Shown here piece after piece: positions 29,626-42,061 of a stretch of DNA of 64,000 bases (within the stretch, counting starts at the first letter, position 1; each line of letters starts with the position of its first letter). The stretch is from an uncultured delta proteobacterium (GTDB lineage: Bacteria; Myxococcota; Myxococcia; Myxococcales; Myxococcaceae), in contig CAVYSY010000040.1 in assembly GCA_963771175.1 (NCBI GenBank), forward strand, positions 32,001 through 96,000, written 5' to 3'. The notes under the pieces are model-generated. The model saw nothing but the letters and a program-made list of their open reading frames with translations, was not told the origin of the DNA and made no database searches. The position numbers were made by a program, and so were the translations under genes.

Positions 29626-32600
29626 ATGGATCAGCCGAACCTCCGTCGACCCGCTGAGCGTGTCGCCTCCGACCGGCCTTTCGCCGAGACCGAGGCCGCA
29701 CTCGAAAAGGCAGGCCGTATCGAGGAGCTCATCCGTCTCTATGAGGGACGCGCGCGTGAGACCCCCACCGCCGAGGCGGTGCGTGTGTTGGTTCGCGCGG
29801 GACAGCTCGCCTATGAGCGGCTGCGCAACCCGATCCGCTCCGAGGAGCTCCTGCGGCGCGCGCTGTTGATCGCCGAGGATCCGCGTCCCGTCCTGCGCGG
29901 GCTGAAGATCGTCTACGAGGCGCGCCAGGACATTCCCGCGCTCGTCGACGTGCTGGAGCGGCTCGGCTCGCTGAGCCAGGGCGAGGAGGCCTCGACCTGC
30001 TTCGTGAAGGCGGCGAACTTCCACGAGCAGAAGCTCTTCCGGCGCGACCGCGCGGTGCTGTGCCTGCAGCAGGCCACGCGGGTGAAGCCGGATCGCGCCC
30101 TTTTCAAGCGCACGCGTCAGCTCCTCCTGAGCGAGGAGCGCTTCCAGCCCATCTTCGAGTCGCTGGAGCGCGAGCGGGCCGCGCTGGGCGGCGAGGGCAT
30201 GGTGGAGGAGTACCTCGCCTTCGCCGAGCGGCTGGTGGAGGATCCCACCGAGCACGAGCTCGCCCAGCAGGCGCTGGCCGTCGTGCGGGAGCTGGATCCG
30301 CAGAATGTTCGGGTGGAGAAGGCCACCCAGACGCTGCAGCGCTTCGAGCAGGCGTGGCGCGAGCGCGCGCGCATGCTGCGCGGCATGTCCCTGGAGGAGC
30401 GTGACCGCAAGAGCGCGGCGCGGCTCTCCCTCCTCGTGGCCAAGCTGCACGCCTGGTACGACGCCGGCCGCGACGGACAAGGTGAAGGAGGCGCTGGATC
30501 GCTGCTTCCTGCTGTGGCCCGGCATGCCCGAGGCCCTCAACCTCATCGAGCGCGTGGCCGAGCGCAATGGGGACTTCGCGCCGGCGCAGGCCTGGTTCGA
30601 GGCGCTGGCGGGCGAGGCGCGCGAGCGCAATGCCCAGGTGGACCTGTGGCTGAGGCTGGGCACGCTGCGCCTCACCCGCCTCAACGACGCGGCCGGGGCG
30701 CTCGCCGCCTTCGAGAAGGCCGCCACCGTGGACCCGTCGCGCGCGGACGCGGCGAGCCTCGGCGCGGAGCTGCTGCTGGAGCAGGGTCGCCCGGCCGATG
30801 CCCTCGCCATGCTGGAGCGCTACCTCGGCACGGTGAAGGATCGCGTGACGCAGGTGGCCCTGCGGCTGCGGCTCGCGGATCTCTGCCTGCAGCAGAAGGA
30901 CGGGGACGCGGCGAAGGGCGCACCTCGAGGCCGCGCTGCAAGCTGGATCCGGCCAACGCGCTCGCGGCCTTCCAGCTCGCGCGCCTCCTGGCGGAGGACG
31001 AGAACTTCGAGGCGCTGGAGCCGCTGCTGGACCTGGCGCTGCTCGCCCCGCGCCCGCGCTCCGAGCGCGTGGCCTTCTGCGAGGGGCTCGCGCTCCTCTA
31101 CGAGGAGCGCGGACGACGCGCGGGGCGCCTTCGAGGTGCTCGCGCGCGCCCTCGCGCTGGATCCCACCCGGCCCATGCTGCTGGGTTCCGTGATGGAGCC
31201 GCGAGCAAGGCCCAGGCGGAGCCCGAGCTCGCGCGTGGCGCTGCGGCGCGCCGCGCCGTGGTCGCGCCGCCCGAGGCGGCCCTCGCGCTCTGGCGGCACC
31301 TCGCGCAGCTCCTCCAGGGCACGCTGCGCGGACCCGGCGGGCGCCGAGGCGGCCTGGCAGGAGGTGCTCGCGCGCGCTCCGAGGACAGCGCGGCGCAGGA
31401 GGCCGTGCGGTCGCTCCGGGCCGCCGCCGCGCTCGCGGATGATCCGCAGGACGCGCCTGGAGGCGGAGATCGCCCGGCGCGAGGCCGCCGGCGCCGCTGC
31501 CGGCAGAGCTGGAGCCGATGGTGCGCGAGCTGGTGAAGCTCGCGCCCGAAGACGCGGCTCCCGTGCGGCGCCTGCAGGCGCTGTGCGTGGCGCTGTCCAA
31601 GTTCGAGGAGGCCGCGGCGCTCGCCGGGAAGCTGGCGAAGCTGGCCGAGACGCAGGTGGAGCGCAGCGACTGGGCGGCGCGTCAGGCCCGCTGTACGCCG
31701 AGCGCCTGAACCGTCCGCAGGAGGCGGCGGGCCTCTTCCTCCAGCTGCTCGCGGAGAACGTCGCCACCGGCGTGGTGCTGGGCGGGCTCGAGCGGCTCGC
31801 GGCGGCGGGCGTGCGCACGGCGGAGATCGCCGAGGCGCTCGCCAGCCACTACGGCCGCAGCGGCGATCACCAGCGCCAGGTGTCCGCGATGCTGCAGCAG
31901 CTCGAGGCGCACCCAGGACGCGGCGGTGCGCCAGCGCCTGTTCGGCCAGATCGCCACCATCCACGAGAAGCAGCTCGCCGACAGCCGGGCCGCGCTTCGA
32001 CCTGCGCGTGCGCGCCCTGCGCGAGGATTCCCACCGACGAGGTGAACCGCGCCGAGGCGGCGCGACTGGCGCACGACCTGTCCGCCCACGCCGAGCTGGT
32101 GCGCGTCCTGCGCGGCGCTCGCCACGGAGGCGGAGGCGCCGGCCCTGGCGGTGCAGCTGCTCTCCGAGGCGGCGAAGCTGGCCGAGGACTCCGGGGCGCT
32201 CCCCGAGGCCATCGGCTCGCTGGAGACCGCGCTGCAGCGGGAGCCCGAGTCGCCCGAGGTGCTGGGGCGGCTGATCAAGCTGTACGGCAAGGCGGGACGG
32301 GCGGCGGACGCGGACGCGCTGCTGCGCAAGCGCATCCTGACGGCCACGAAGGCGGAGAAGGTGGAGCTGCAGATGCAGCTGGTGGAGCTCAACGCCGAGC
32401 TGGGCCGTCCGCAGCAGGCCGCCGAGGCGCTCCAGGCGGCCATCCACTCGGGCGCGGACGAGGTGCGTCACCTGCCGCGTCTGGCCGAGCTGTACGAGAA
32501 GGCCGGTCGCAACGGTGAGCTGGGCGAGGTGCTCGCGCGGCAGATCGCGCTCGCGGAGGACGCGGGCGACCTGGACCGGCGTGGCGCGCCTGACGCTCAA

Positions 32601-35600
32601 GCGCGCGCAGGTGCTGCAGGACTCGTCCGGAGACCGCACCGATGTGGTGCGCAGCTTCGCGGACATCCTCCGCCAGCGTCCGTCGGACACGGAGTGCCCG
32701 CGATGCGCTCGAGGGCATGCTCGCCGACGGCAACGCGCGCGAGGAGGCCGCGCGGGCGCTCATCCCCGCCTACGAGGCCACCAAGGACCACCGCAAGCTG
32801 GTGGCCGCGCTGGACGTGCTCGCCGAGGTGGCGCGCGATGACGCGGCCCGGGTGCTGGCGCTCCGTCAGGCCGCGCAGGTGCACCTGACGCAGCTGCGGC
32901 AGCCGGAGCTGGCCTTCGCCTCGCTGGCCCGGGCCCTGCGCCTGACGCCGGGAGACATGCCGCTCCGCGCCGCCGCGCGCCAGGCCGCCGAGGACGCGGA
33001 CTCGCTGGACGCCTACGCGGAGATCCTCATCGAGCTGACCGAGGAGGGGGACACGGGGGCCGCCCGGGCGGGCCTGCTGCGCGAGCTCGCCGAGGTCCAG
33101 GAGAAGAAGCTCGACGACCGCAACGCCGCGGTGTCCTCGCTCCGGTCCCTGCTGGCACTGGAGCCGGGCAACCTCGACTGCCTCCGCGCGCTGCAGCGCC
33201 TGCACCGCGCGGGCGAGGAGTGGGCCGCGCTCGCCGAGGTGCTGGAGAAGCTCGCCGCCGCCGCTCCCGAGCCGGCCGAGCAGCTCGCGTACCTGCGCGA
33301 GGCCGCCCTGCTGCACGAGTCGAAGCTGTCCGACAAGGAGAGCGCCGCCGACGCGTGGCGCGCCATCGCCGAAGCGCGATCCGCTCCAGCGCGAGGCCAC
33401 CGCCTCCCTGGATCGCCTCTACGACGAGCTTGGCCGTCCGAAGGACCTGGCGTGGGCGCTCGGCCTGCGGCGTACGCAGGAGGGCCAGAGCCCGCAGGGC
33501 CGCGAGGTCTCGTTCCGCCTCGCCGAGCTGCTGCGCACCCAGCTCGATGACGCCAACGCCGCGCTCCAGCTCTACCAGGGCATCCTCGCCGAGGATCCCG
33601 GCCACCCGGGCGCGCGCGCCGCGCTCGAGGAGTGGGTGACCGCGGCCGTGCCGATGAGCGCGGGAGCGCTGGAGGTGCTCGACCCCGTGCTCGCCCGGCT
33701 CGGAGACCACGCTCGCCGCGTGTCGCTGCGCGAGGCGCGCATGCACCTCCGCGCTCAGCGTGGAGAAGGCGCAGCTCGCCGGAGAGATCCGTCGCATCTA
33801 CGAGCAGGACATGCACCAGCCGTCGCTCGCCTTCATGGCGGCGGTGAAGGCTTTCGCGCAGGGCGTGGAGCGTGAGTCCCTGCAGTCGGAGCTGGAGCGG
33901 CTCGCTCGCGAGACGGGCTCGCACGAGATGCTGGCCGAGCTGTACGAGGAGGCCGCGGCGGATCTGCCCACGGGCGACACCTCGGCGCTCGGGTTGCTGC
34001 GTCGGTCCGCGGAGCTGCGCGAGCAGCTCGGCCAGACGGAGGAGGCCACCAGCGTCTGGAAGAAGATCCTCGAGGACGCGCCGCAGGACCGGCAGGCGCT
34101 CGAGGCCCTCTCGCGCCTGTACGAGCGCGGGCAGAACGCCAAGAGCCTCTCCGAGGTCTACGCCGCCCAGTCTCAGCTCGCCCAGGATCCCGAGGACCGG
34201 CGCGCCCTGCTGGTGAAGGCGGGCGAGGCCCATGCCGCCGCGGGCGATGACGCCAAGGCGATCGAGACGTGGCGCTCGGCGCTGGCCATCCGCAAGGCGA
34301 CCGACGGGTTGCTCGCGCTGGACAAGCTGTTCGGCAAGACGCGGCGCTTCGTGGAGCAGGCGGACGTGTTGGATCAGCTCGCCGGGCTGTCCACGGACGT
34401 GGAGTCTCGTCGTGGCTTCATCCTGCGCCGGGCACAGCTCATGGAGAAGGAGGGCAGCCACGCCGAGGCGCTGAGCGCTTACCGCTCGCTGATGGAGCTG
34501 GCGCCGGGAGATCCGCAGGCCGTCGCGGGCCTGGAGCGCATGCTTCAGGATGAGACGCAGCGGGCGGAGGCGGCGCGGCTGCTGGAGCCCGTCTACCGGA
34601 GCCTCAACGACACCCGGAAGCTGGTGGAGGTGCTGGAGATCCTCCTGCCGGGCACGCAGCCCGCGCAGCGGCTGGAGCGCATCCAGGAGATCGCCACCCT
34701 GCGCGAGGCGCTCGGCCAGACGTCGCTCGCCTTCGCCGCGCGCCTGCGCGCCTTCAACGAGGCCCCGCAGGACGACGGCGTGCGCGACGACGTGGAGCGG
34801 CTCGCGGCCGATTCCGGCTCCTTCGAGGAGGTCGCGGCGGCGTACGAGGATCAGCTCGATCGCGGCGCCACCGAGCCCCTGGCGGGCGACCTGTGGTGGC
34901 GGCTCGCGGGCATCTACGACGGGCGCCTCAAGCGCTACGACCTGGCGGTGCGCGCGCTGGAGGAGGTCAGCCGGCGCGACCCGCAGAACAAGCAGGTGCT
35001 GGAGTCCATCGCCCGCGTGCACCGGCGCACGGGCGCGAACCGTGAGCTGGCGCTGGTGATGCGCCGGCAGGTAGCGGCCGAGCCGTCCGTCCCCGCCCAG
35101 GTGAACGTGCTCTTCGAGCTGGCCCACCTGGCCGAGGAGACGCTCACCGACAAGGCGCTCGCGGCGCAGACGTACCGTGAGATCCTCGAGCGTCGTCCCG
35201 AGGACGCCAACGCGCTCAAGCTGCTCGGCCGCGTGCTGACGCAGATGGAGCGCTGGCCGGAGCTGGCGCAGCACATCGAGCGGGAGATCCAGCTCTCCGA
35301 CGCGCGCAAGGCCCAGGAGGAGGGGAGCGACCTGCGCGTGCGCCTCGGCCGCCTGAAGTTCAGCCGCCTGGATGATCCGCGCGGGGCGCTGGAGCTGTAC
35401 CAGGAGGTGCTGCGCCGCCGGGCCGGACACCCCGGTGCGGTGGGCGCGCTGGAGGAGATGGCGCGCTCGGACACTCCGCTGCGTGGCCAGGCCGCCTTGG
35501 CGCTCGAGCCGGTGTTCGCGGCGGTGGGCGATCACCTCAAGCAGGTGCAGATGCTGGAGTCGCGCATCTCCGCCGAGCCGGTGCCCCAGGAGCGCGCGGC

Positions 35601-38600
35601 GCTGCTGCGCCGCATCGCGGAGACGTACGCGGGCCCGCTGGACAACGCGGAGATGGCCTTCCTCTCGGCCACGCGCGCGCTGCGTGATCAGCCGGACGAC
35701 GCGCACACGCTCGAGCTGTGCCTCACGCTGGTGGACAAGGCGGGGGCCGCCGAGGAGTTCGCGGCCGTCCTCTCCGAGATTGCTCCTCGGGCGAGTGACT
35801 CCGCGCGCGCCGAGCTGTACCGGGCGCTCGCGAAGCTGCAGGCGCGCCTGGGCGAGGATGACGAGGCGCTGGCCTCGTGGCGCAAGGTGCTGACGCTGCG
35901 GCCCACGGACGCGGACGCACTCGACGCCGTGGTGCGTCTGGTGTCCGATCAGGGGACGCCGCAGGAATTGCTGGAGGTGCTGCGCCGTCAGCTCGCGGGC
36001 GCCGAGGAGCCGGCCCGCCGCGCGTCGGTGCTGCTGCAGATCGCCGTGCTCCAGGAGGAGAAGCTGCAGGACGGGCTGGGCGCACTGGCCACCCTGCGGC
36101 GCCTGTTGGACGTGAAGCCGGACGATGCCGCCGCGCTCACGCGGATGGACGGCCTGTGCCAGAAGCTGGAGCGCTGGCCGGAGATGGCGGACGTGCTGTC
36201 GCGCCGCATCGCGCTCGTATCGCCCGAGGAGGGGCTGGAGCTGAAGTTCCGCCTCGCGGTGTTGCGCGAGACGAAGCTGCTGGACAAGGCGGGAGCGCTG
36301 GCGCTCTACGGCGAGGTGCTCTCGCTGCAGCCCAACCATGCCGGCGCGGTGGGCCGCATGGAGGCGCTGGTGGCCCGCGAGCCGCAGAACCTGCTCGCGG
36401 TGGAGACGCTGCTGAACGCCTTCCGGGCGAGCGGTGACGTGGCGCGGCTCGCGGCGCTCATCGAGACGCGGGTGGGCGTGTCCCCGGACGCGCACGAGCG
36501 CAAGATGCTGCTGGGCGAGCTGGCCACGTTGCGCGAGGCCCAGGGCGAGCCGGAGCTCACCTTCCTGGCGCTCTTCCGCTCGTTCAAGGAGGACCCGAAC
36601 GACGGTGAGCTGCGCCTGCGCCTGGAGAACGCCACGGACGCGGCCGGCTCGTACGACGAGCTGGTGGTGGCCTACGAGGAGGCACTGCCTCGCGTGGCCG
36701 AGGCGACCGACGCTGCGCGGATGTGCCTCAAGCTGGGCCAGCTCTTCGAGTCGCGCCTGCAGGAGCCCGAGCGCGCCGTCGTCTACTACGAGCGCGCGCG
36801 CACGCTGGAGCCGACGTCGCAGCAGCAGTCGCTGGTCGCGCTGGATCGGCTGTACCTCCTGCTGGCGGCGTGGCCGGAGCTGGCCACCGTGCTGGAGGCG
36901 CTGGCCTCCACGGCGGAGGAGAAGGCGGACAAGGTGGGCTTCCTCTTCCGCCTGGGTCAGCTCCTCCAGGAGAAGCTGGACAGCATGGACCGCGCGGCCT
37001 CCGCGTTCGAGCAGGTGCTGGCGCTGGAGCCCGGGCACCTCGCCTCGGCGCGGTTGCTGGAGACCATCTACGACGCGGCCGGAGCGCACGACAAGCTGTA
37101 CGCCATCCTGAAGCTGCAGTCCGAGCGCGTCACCGGCCCCGAGCGCGAGCGCGTCATCACGCGCATGGCGCAGGTGTCCTCCGAGGGCCTGGAGGACCTG
37201 GATCGCTCCATCGAGCTGTACCGCGAGCTGCTGGCGAAGAACGCGCGCAACGAGCAGGCCTTCGCGTCGCTGGAGTCCCTCTACGAGCGGGCGGGCCGGC
37301 ACGAGGAGCTGCGTACGCTGCTGTCCGACCGGCTGGCGCAGACGCTGGATCCGCGCGAGGTGGTGCGGCTCAACGAGCGGCTGGGCCGGGTGCTGTACCG
37401 CCTGCTGAAGCAGCCCGAGGCGGCGGTGAGCTACCTCAAGGCCGCGCTGGATCGCGACGCGCGGCACCGGGGCGTGCTGGACACGCTGCGCGAGCTCTAC
37501 GAGGAGACGGGACAGGCGGAGGAGTTGGTGGGCATCCTGCGGCGGCTCGTGCCGCTGCAGGAGTCGGCCGAGGGCGTGAAGGCGCTGCGCCTGCGGCTGG
37601 CCGAGGTGCTCGCCGGGATGGGGCGGCGCGAGGAGGCGCTGGACGCGGCCCGTCGCGCGCTGGAGGTGGAGCCGCACTCGGTGGTGGACCTGGAGCGTGT
37701 CCATGCGCTCTTCGTCTCGCTGCGGGCCTACAACGACGCGGTGCGCGCGCTCGAGCTGAAGGTGCAGGTGCACCAGCAGGCCGAGGAGCGTGACCAGGCC
37801 GTGGCCACGTGGTTCGCGGTGGCGGACCTCTGGTCCGGAGAGGGCAACAAGCCCGAGCTGGCCGCCGGCGCGCTGGAGAAGGTGCTGGAGCTGGATCCGG
37901 CCAACCCCACGGCCTACTCGCGCGTGTGCGAGCTGTACCGCGGGCACAACGACTGGCGGGCCTACGCGCAGGTGGTGGAGCGCTACCTGCCGAACCTCGT
38001 CACCGAAGAGGAGAAGCTGGCCACCCTCAAGGAGCTGGCGAGGGTGCAGGAAGAGCGGCTGGGCCAGAAGGACGTGGCCTTCCTGGCGCTCTGCCGCGCG
38101 CTGCAGCTCGATGCCTCGGACGACCACCTGCGCGAGGAGGTGGAGCGGCTCGCCGACGAGACGGGCTCCCACGAGGAGCTCGCCGCCGTCTACGAGGAGG
38201 TGGCGGATGCGCTGCCTCGCGGCCCGCTGGCCGAGCGGATGTACGCCACGCTGGCGCGCGTCCACGACCAGAAGCTGGACGATTCGACCGCGGCCGAGGG
38301 CGCGCTGCGGAAGATCCTCGAGTTCGACCCGACGAACGCCACGGCGCTCGATGGGCTCGCGGGGATGTTCCAGCGGCGTGGCCGCGTGCGCGAGTACGTG
38401 GTGGCACTGGAGCAGAAGCTCGAGGCCGCCGGCTCCATCGAGGCGCGCAAGGTCATCCTCCGGGAGATCGCCCGCGTCTGGGAGGAGCAGGGAGACCCGG
38501 ACGAGGCCGCGAGCGCGCTGCTGCGCGCGCTGGACCTGGAGCCGGACGCGGAGACGCTGGGCGTGCTCACCACGCTCTACCGCAACCAGAAGGCCTGGCA

Positions 38601-41600
38601 GCACGTGGCGTCCTCGTTGCTGCGGGCGCGTGACCTGGCGGCCACCGTCGAGGAGCGGGCCCGCATCCAGGTCGAGGTGGCGGAGGTCTACGAGCGCGAC
38701 ATCGGCGACGACGAGGCCGCGGTGACCGCCTACCGTCAGGCGCTCGAGTTCGAGCCGTACAACCCCACGGCGCTGGAGGCACTGGAGCGGCTGCACACGC
38801 GGCTGGACCAGCCGGCGGAGCTGCTCGCCACCTACGAGCGGATGCTCGAGGTCATCTCCGACTACCGCGAGCGGGTGCGGGTGCTCTTCCGCTGCGCGAG
38901 CATCTGGGAGGACAAGTACCAGAACCCGGCCAACGCGGACGCCTTCATCGAGGGCGTGCTGGCCATCGATCCGCAGAACCTGCAGGCCATCAAGGCGCTG
39001 ATCCGCCTGCGGCGCATGCAGGGCCGCTGGGAGGATCTGGTCGCCGCCTACGAGCGGCAGCTCCAGCTCGCCACGTCGGTGGAGGAGCAGGCCGAGCTGT
39101 ACGTGGAGATCGGCAACGTCTACCACCAGCAGCTCAAGCAGGTGGACCGGGCGGTGAACACCTACTCCTACGCGCTGGAGGTGGATCCGCGGAGCCGGCC
39201 CGCGCTGCACGCGCTCGGCAAGCTGTACGAGCGCAGCGGCAACTGGCCCTTCGCCCTGGAGATGCTGGCGCGCGAGGCGGAGATCGCCGGTCACGCGCCC
39301 GACGCGGTGGAACTGCACTACCGCATGGGCAAGATGAACGAGGACATGCTGATGGACACGGGCAGCGCCCGTGGCTGCTACCAGCAGGCCCTCGCTATCG
39401 ACCCGGGCCACCTGCCCAGCATCCGCGCCCTCAAGGGCATCCAGGAGCAGGAGAAGGACTGGGGCGGCTACGAGCAGACGCTCCTCCAGGAGGCGCATCA
39501 GACCGAGGACGACGAGGCCAAGGCGCGCGCGCTGCTCGAGGTGGCGCGCTACAACGCTGAGACCAAGGGTGACGCGGACACGGCCACGGCCTACTTCGAG
39601 GAGACCCTCAAGTACGCGCCGGACAGCCTGGAGGCGGCACGCCCGCTGGCGGACGTCTACAGCGCGCGTGAGGACTGGGTGTCCGCCGAGCGGATGCTCG
39701 ACATCGTCGTGCGCAAGATGGCGGAGCAGGCCATCGCGACGAAGGATGCCGCGCTCACCGCGGACCTCTGCCGGCAGCTCTACCGGCTGGGCTACGTGGC
39801 GGACAAGCTGGGCAAGCGCGACAAGGCGCTCGACTCCTACGAGAAGGCCTACGGCCTCGACGCCACCTACCTGCCGGCGCTCGAGGGCTACGGAAACCTG
39901 CTCGTGCACGCGAAGCGGTACGAGGAGGCGCTGCGCATCTTCCAGACCATCCTCATCCACCACCGTGAAGAGCTCTCCGACATGGAGGTGGTGGAGGTCT
40001 ACTGGCAGCAGGGCGACATCTACGCGAAGCTGAACCAGTCGGACCGCGCGCAGAACCACTTCGAGAAGGCGCTGGCCATCGACTCCAGCCACGAGGCGTC
40101 CCTGCGCGCGCTGGTGGCGCTGTCGGACAAGGCCGGCAAGTGGGAGCGGGCCGCCGATCTCCGCCAGCAGCTCGCCCACGTGCTGGAAGGGGAGGCGAAG
40201 GTGCGTGTCTTCCTGGAGCTGGGCCAGCTCGCGCGCGAGAAGCTGAACGAGCCGTACCAGGCCATCGACGCGTACACCGGGGCGCTCAAGCTGCAGCCGG
40301 AGTCGCTCGAGGTGCTGGACGCGCTCTACGTGCTGCTGCGTGAGACGCGCCAGGGCCAGAAGGCGGCGGACATGCTGGAGCGGATGCTCCGGCTGCCGGC
40401 GCTGGCCGCCGAGCCGAACAAGGCCAAGCGGGTGTGGTTCGCGCTCGGCGAGCTCCGCCGGGACGAGCTGCGCGACATCGAGGGCGCGACCGCGGCCTTC
40501 AACACGGCGCTGGACCTGGATCACCGCTTCGTCGAGGCCTTCAGCGCCATCGAGGCGATGCTGGGTGGCGCGGGCCAGTGGAAGGCGCTCGAGGAGAACT
40601 ACGCGAAGATGCTCGGGCGCATGCCCAAGACGCCGGACACGCACGCGGCGCGCATGGCGCTGTGGCGGGCGCTGGGCGACCTGTACCGCCAGGTGCTGAA
40701 GAACCAGGAGGGCGCGGTGGCGGCCTACGGTGTCGTCGCCAAGGGCCTGCCGGATGATGCGCAGGTGCAGGAGGTCTACGCCGAGCTGGCGGCGGCCTCT
40801 CCGGGCAAGGAGGACGAGGCCATCGCCGCGCTCCGCCGCGCCCTGCCCAACACGAGCGATCCGCGCAAGGTCGTCTCGCAGTTGGTGCGACTGTCCGCGA
40901 TGCGCAAGGACTACGACGGCGCGTGGATGGCCGCGCAGGCCGTGTCGGGGCTGCTCGGCGAGGCGGGGGACGACGAGAAGGAGATCCTCACCAAGCTGGG
41001 GCCCTACGCCAAGCGCAAGGAGGTGGCTCAGCGGCCGCTGTCGGACCAGATGTGGCAGACGCACCTGCTGCACCCGAAGCTGCGCGGGCCGCTCACCGAG
41101 CTGATGGGGCTGCTCTTCGCGCAGGTGGGGCACCTGTACGCGGTGCCCTTCCAGAACTACCAGATCGTCCCGAAGAAGCACCGCATCGACGTGGCGAGCG
41201 CGCAGGAGTACCACGTGCAGCACTACCGGTACGTGGCGCGCCTCTTCGGGCTGGACGCGGTGGAGCTGTACTCGCCGCACCTGGTGGCCCGCCGCGAGAA
41301 CATGGCGAAGCGCTCCAACGAGGCGGCGCCGGATCCACTCGTGAACGTGGAGGTGCTGCAGACGCACCCGGCCTGCGTGCGCGCGGGTGGGCGCTTCTTC
41401 GCGGAGCAGGGGCAGAAGGAGGCCTACTACCTGCTGGGGCGGACGCTCGCGCTGGTGCGCCCGGAGCTGGCCTTCAGCCAGCGGCTGGCCCCGGAGCGGC
41501 TCGAGGCCGTGGTGCAGGCGGCGCTGAGTCTGGTGGTGCCCAACCTGCGCTTCACGGTGGACCCGCGGCTGGTGGACGCCGAGCGCCGGGTGCTGGAGAA

Positions 41601-41905
41601 GAGCTTCAGCGACCCGGCCCGCGCGGCCCTGGCCAAGGTGGCGCGCGTCTACCTGCCCACGGCCACGCCCACGGACGTGCGCCAGTACCTGGAGGGCGCG
41701 GAGCTGACGGCCACGCGGGCCGGCCTCTTCGCCGCCGGGGAGTGCGAGCCCGTCAAGCGCATGGTGATGGGAGAGACCGGTTCGGCCTTCCGGGTCTCTC
41801 CGAAGACGAAGTTGAAGGAGCTGCTGCTGTTCGCCACGTCCGAGGAGCTGCCGCGAGTTGCGTGTCGCGGTAGGTACGGACGTGGAGGTACAGGTACGGA
41901 AGTAG
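29626..41905 (+). CDS. gltI: Giant TPR gliding protein GltI/AgmK; many frameshifts at about 30470-33760 and one near 41851
   Basis: Continuous TPR-like helical repeats across ORF fragments 29626.., 30305.., 32151.., 32642.. and 33760..; the corrected end reads ELRVAVGTDVEVQVRK* (TAG 41903-41905). Confidence 0.8.
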
Positions 41906-42061
41906 ATGTGCGGCTCGAATGAACGTGGAGACCCAAAAGGGGCTCTCACACGTTGAAGGAGGCAGCCGGGCGGGCAAGGTTCGCATCCTTGACCCCCCCG
42001 GATGCCACCTCTACGATTCCGGCGGGTTTTCTCCCGTCATTTCTGAGGGTTGCGGGGAACG

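Noticed and set aside
33013..41949. 2978-aa ORF on the minus strand
   Set aside because: It is an antisense shadow of gltI: extreme GC3 bias removes stops in the mirror frame, and the translation has no recognisable motifs.
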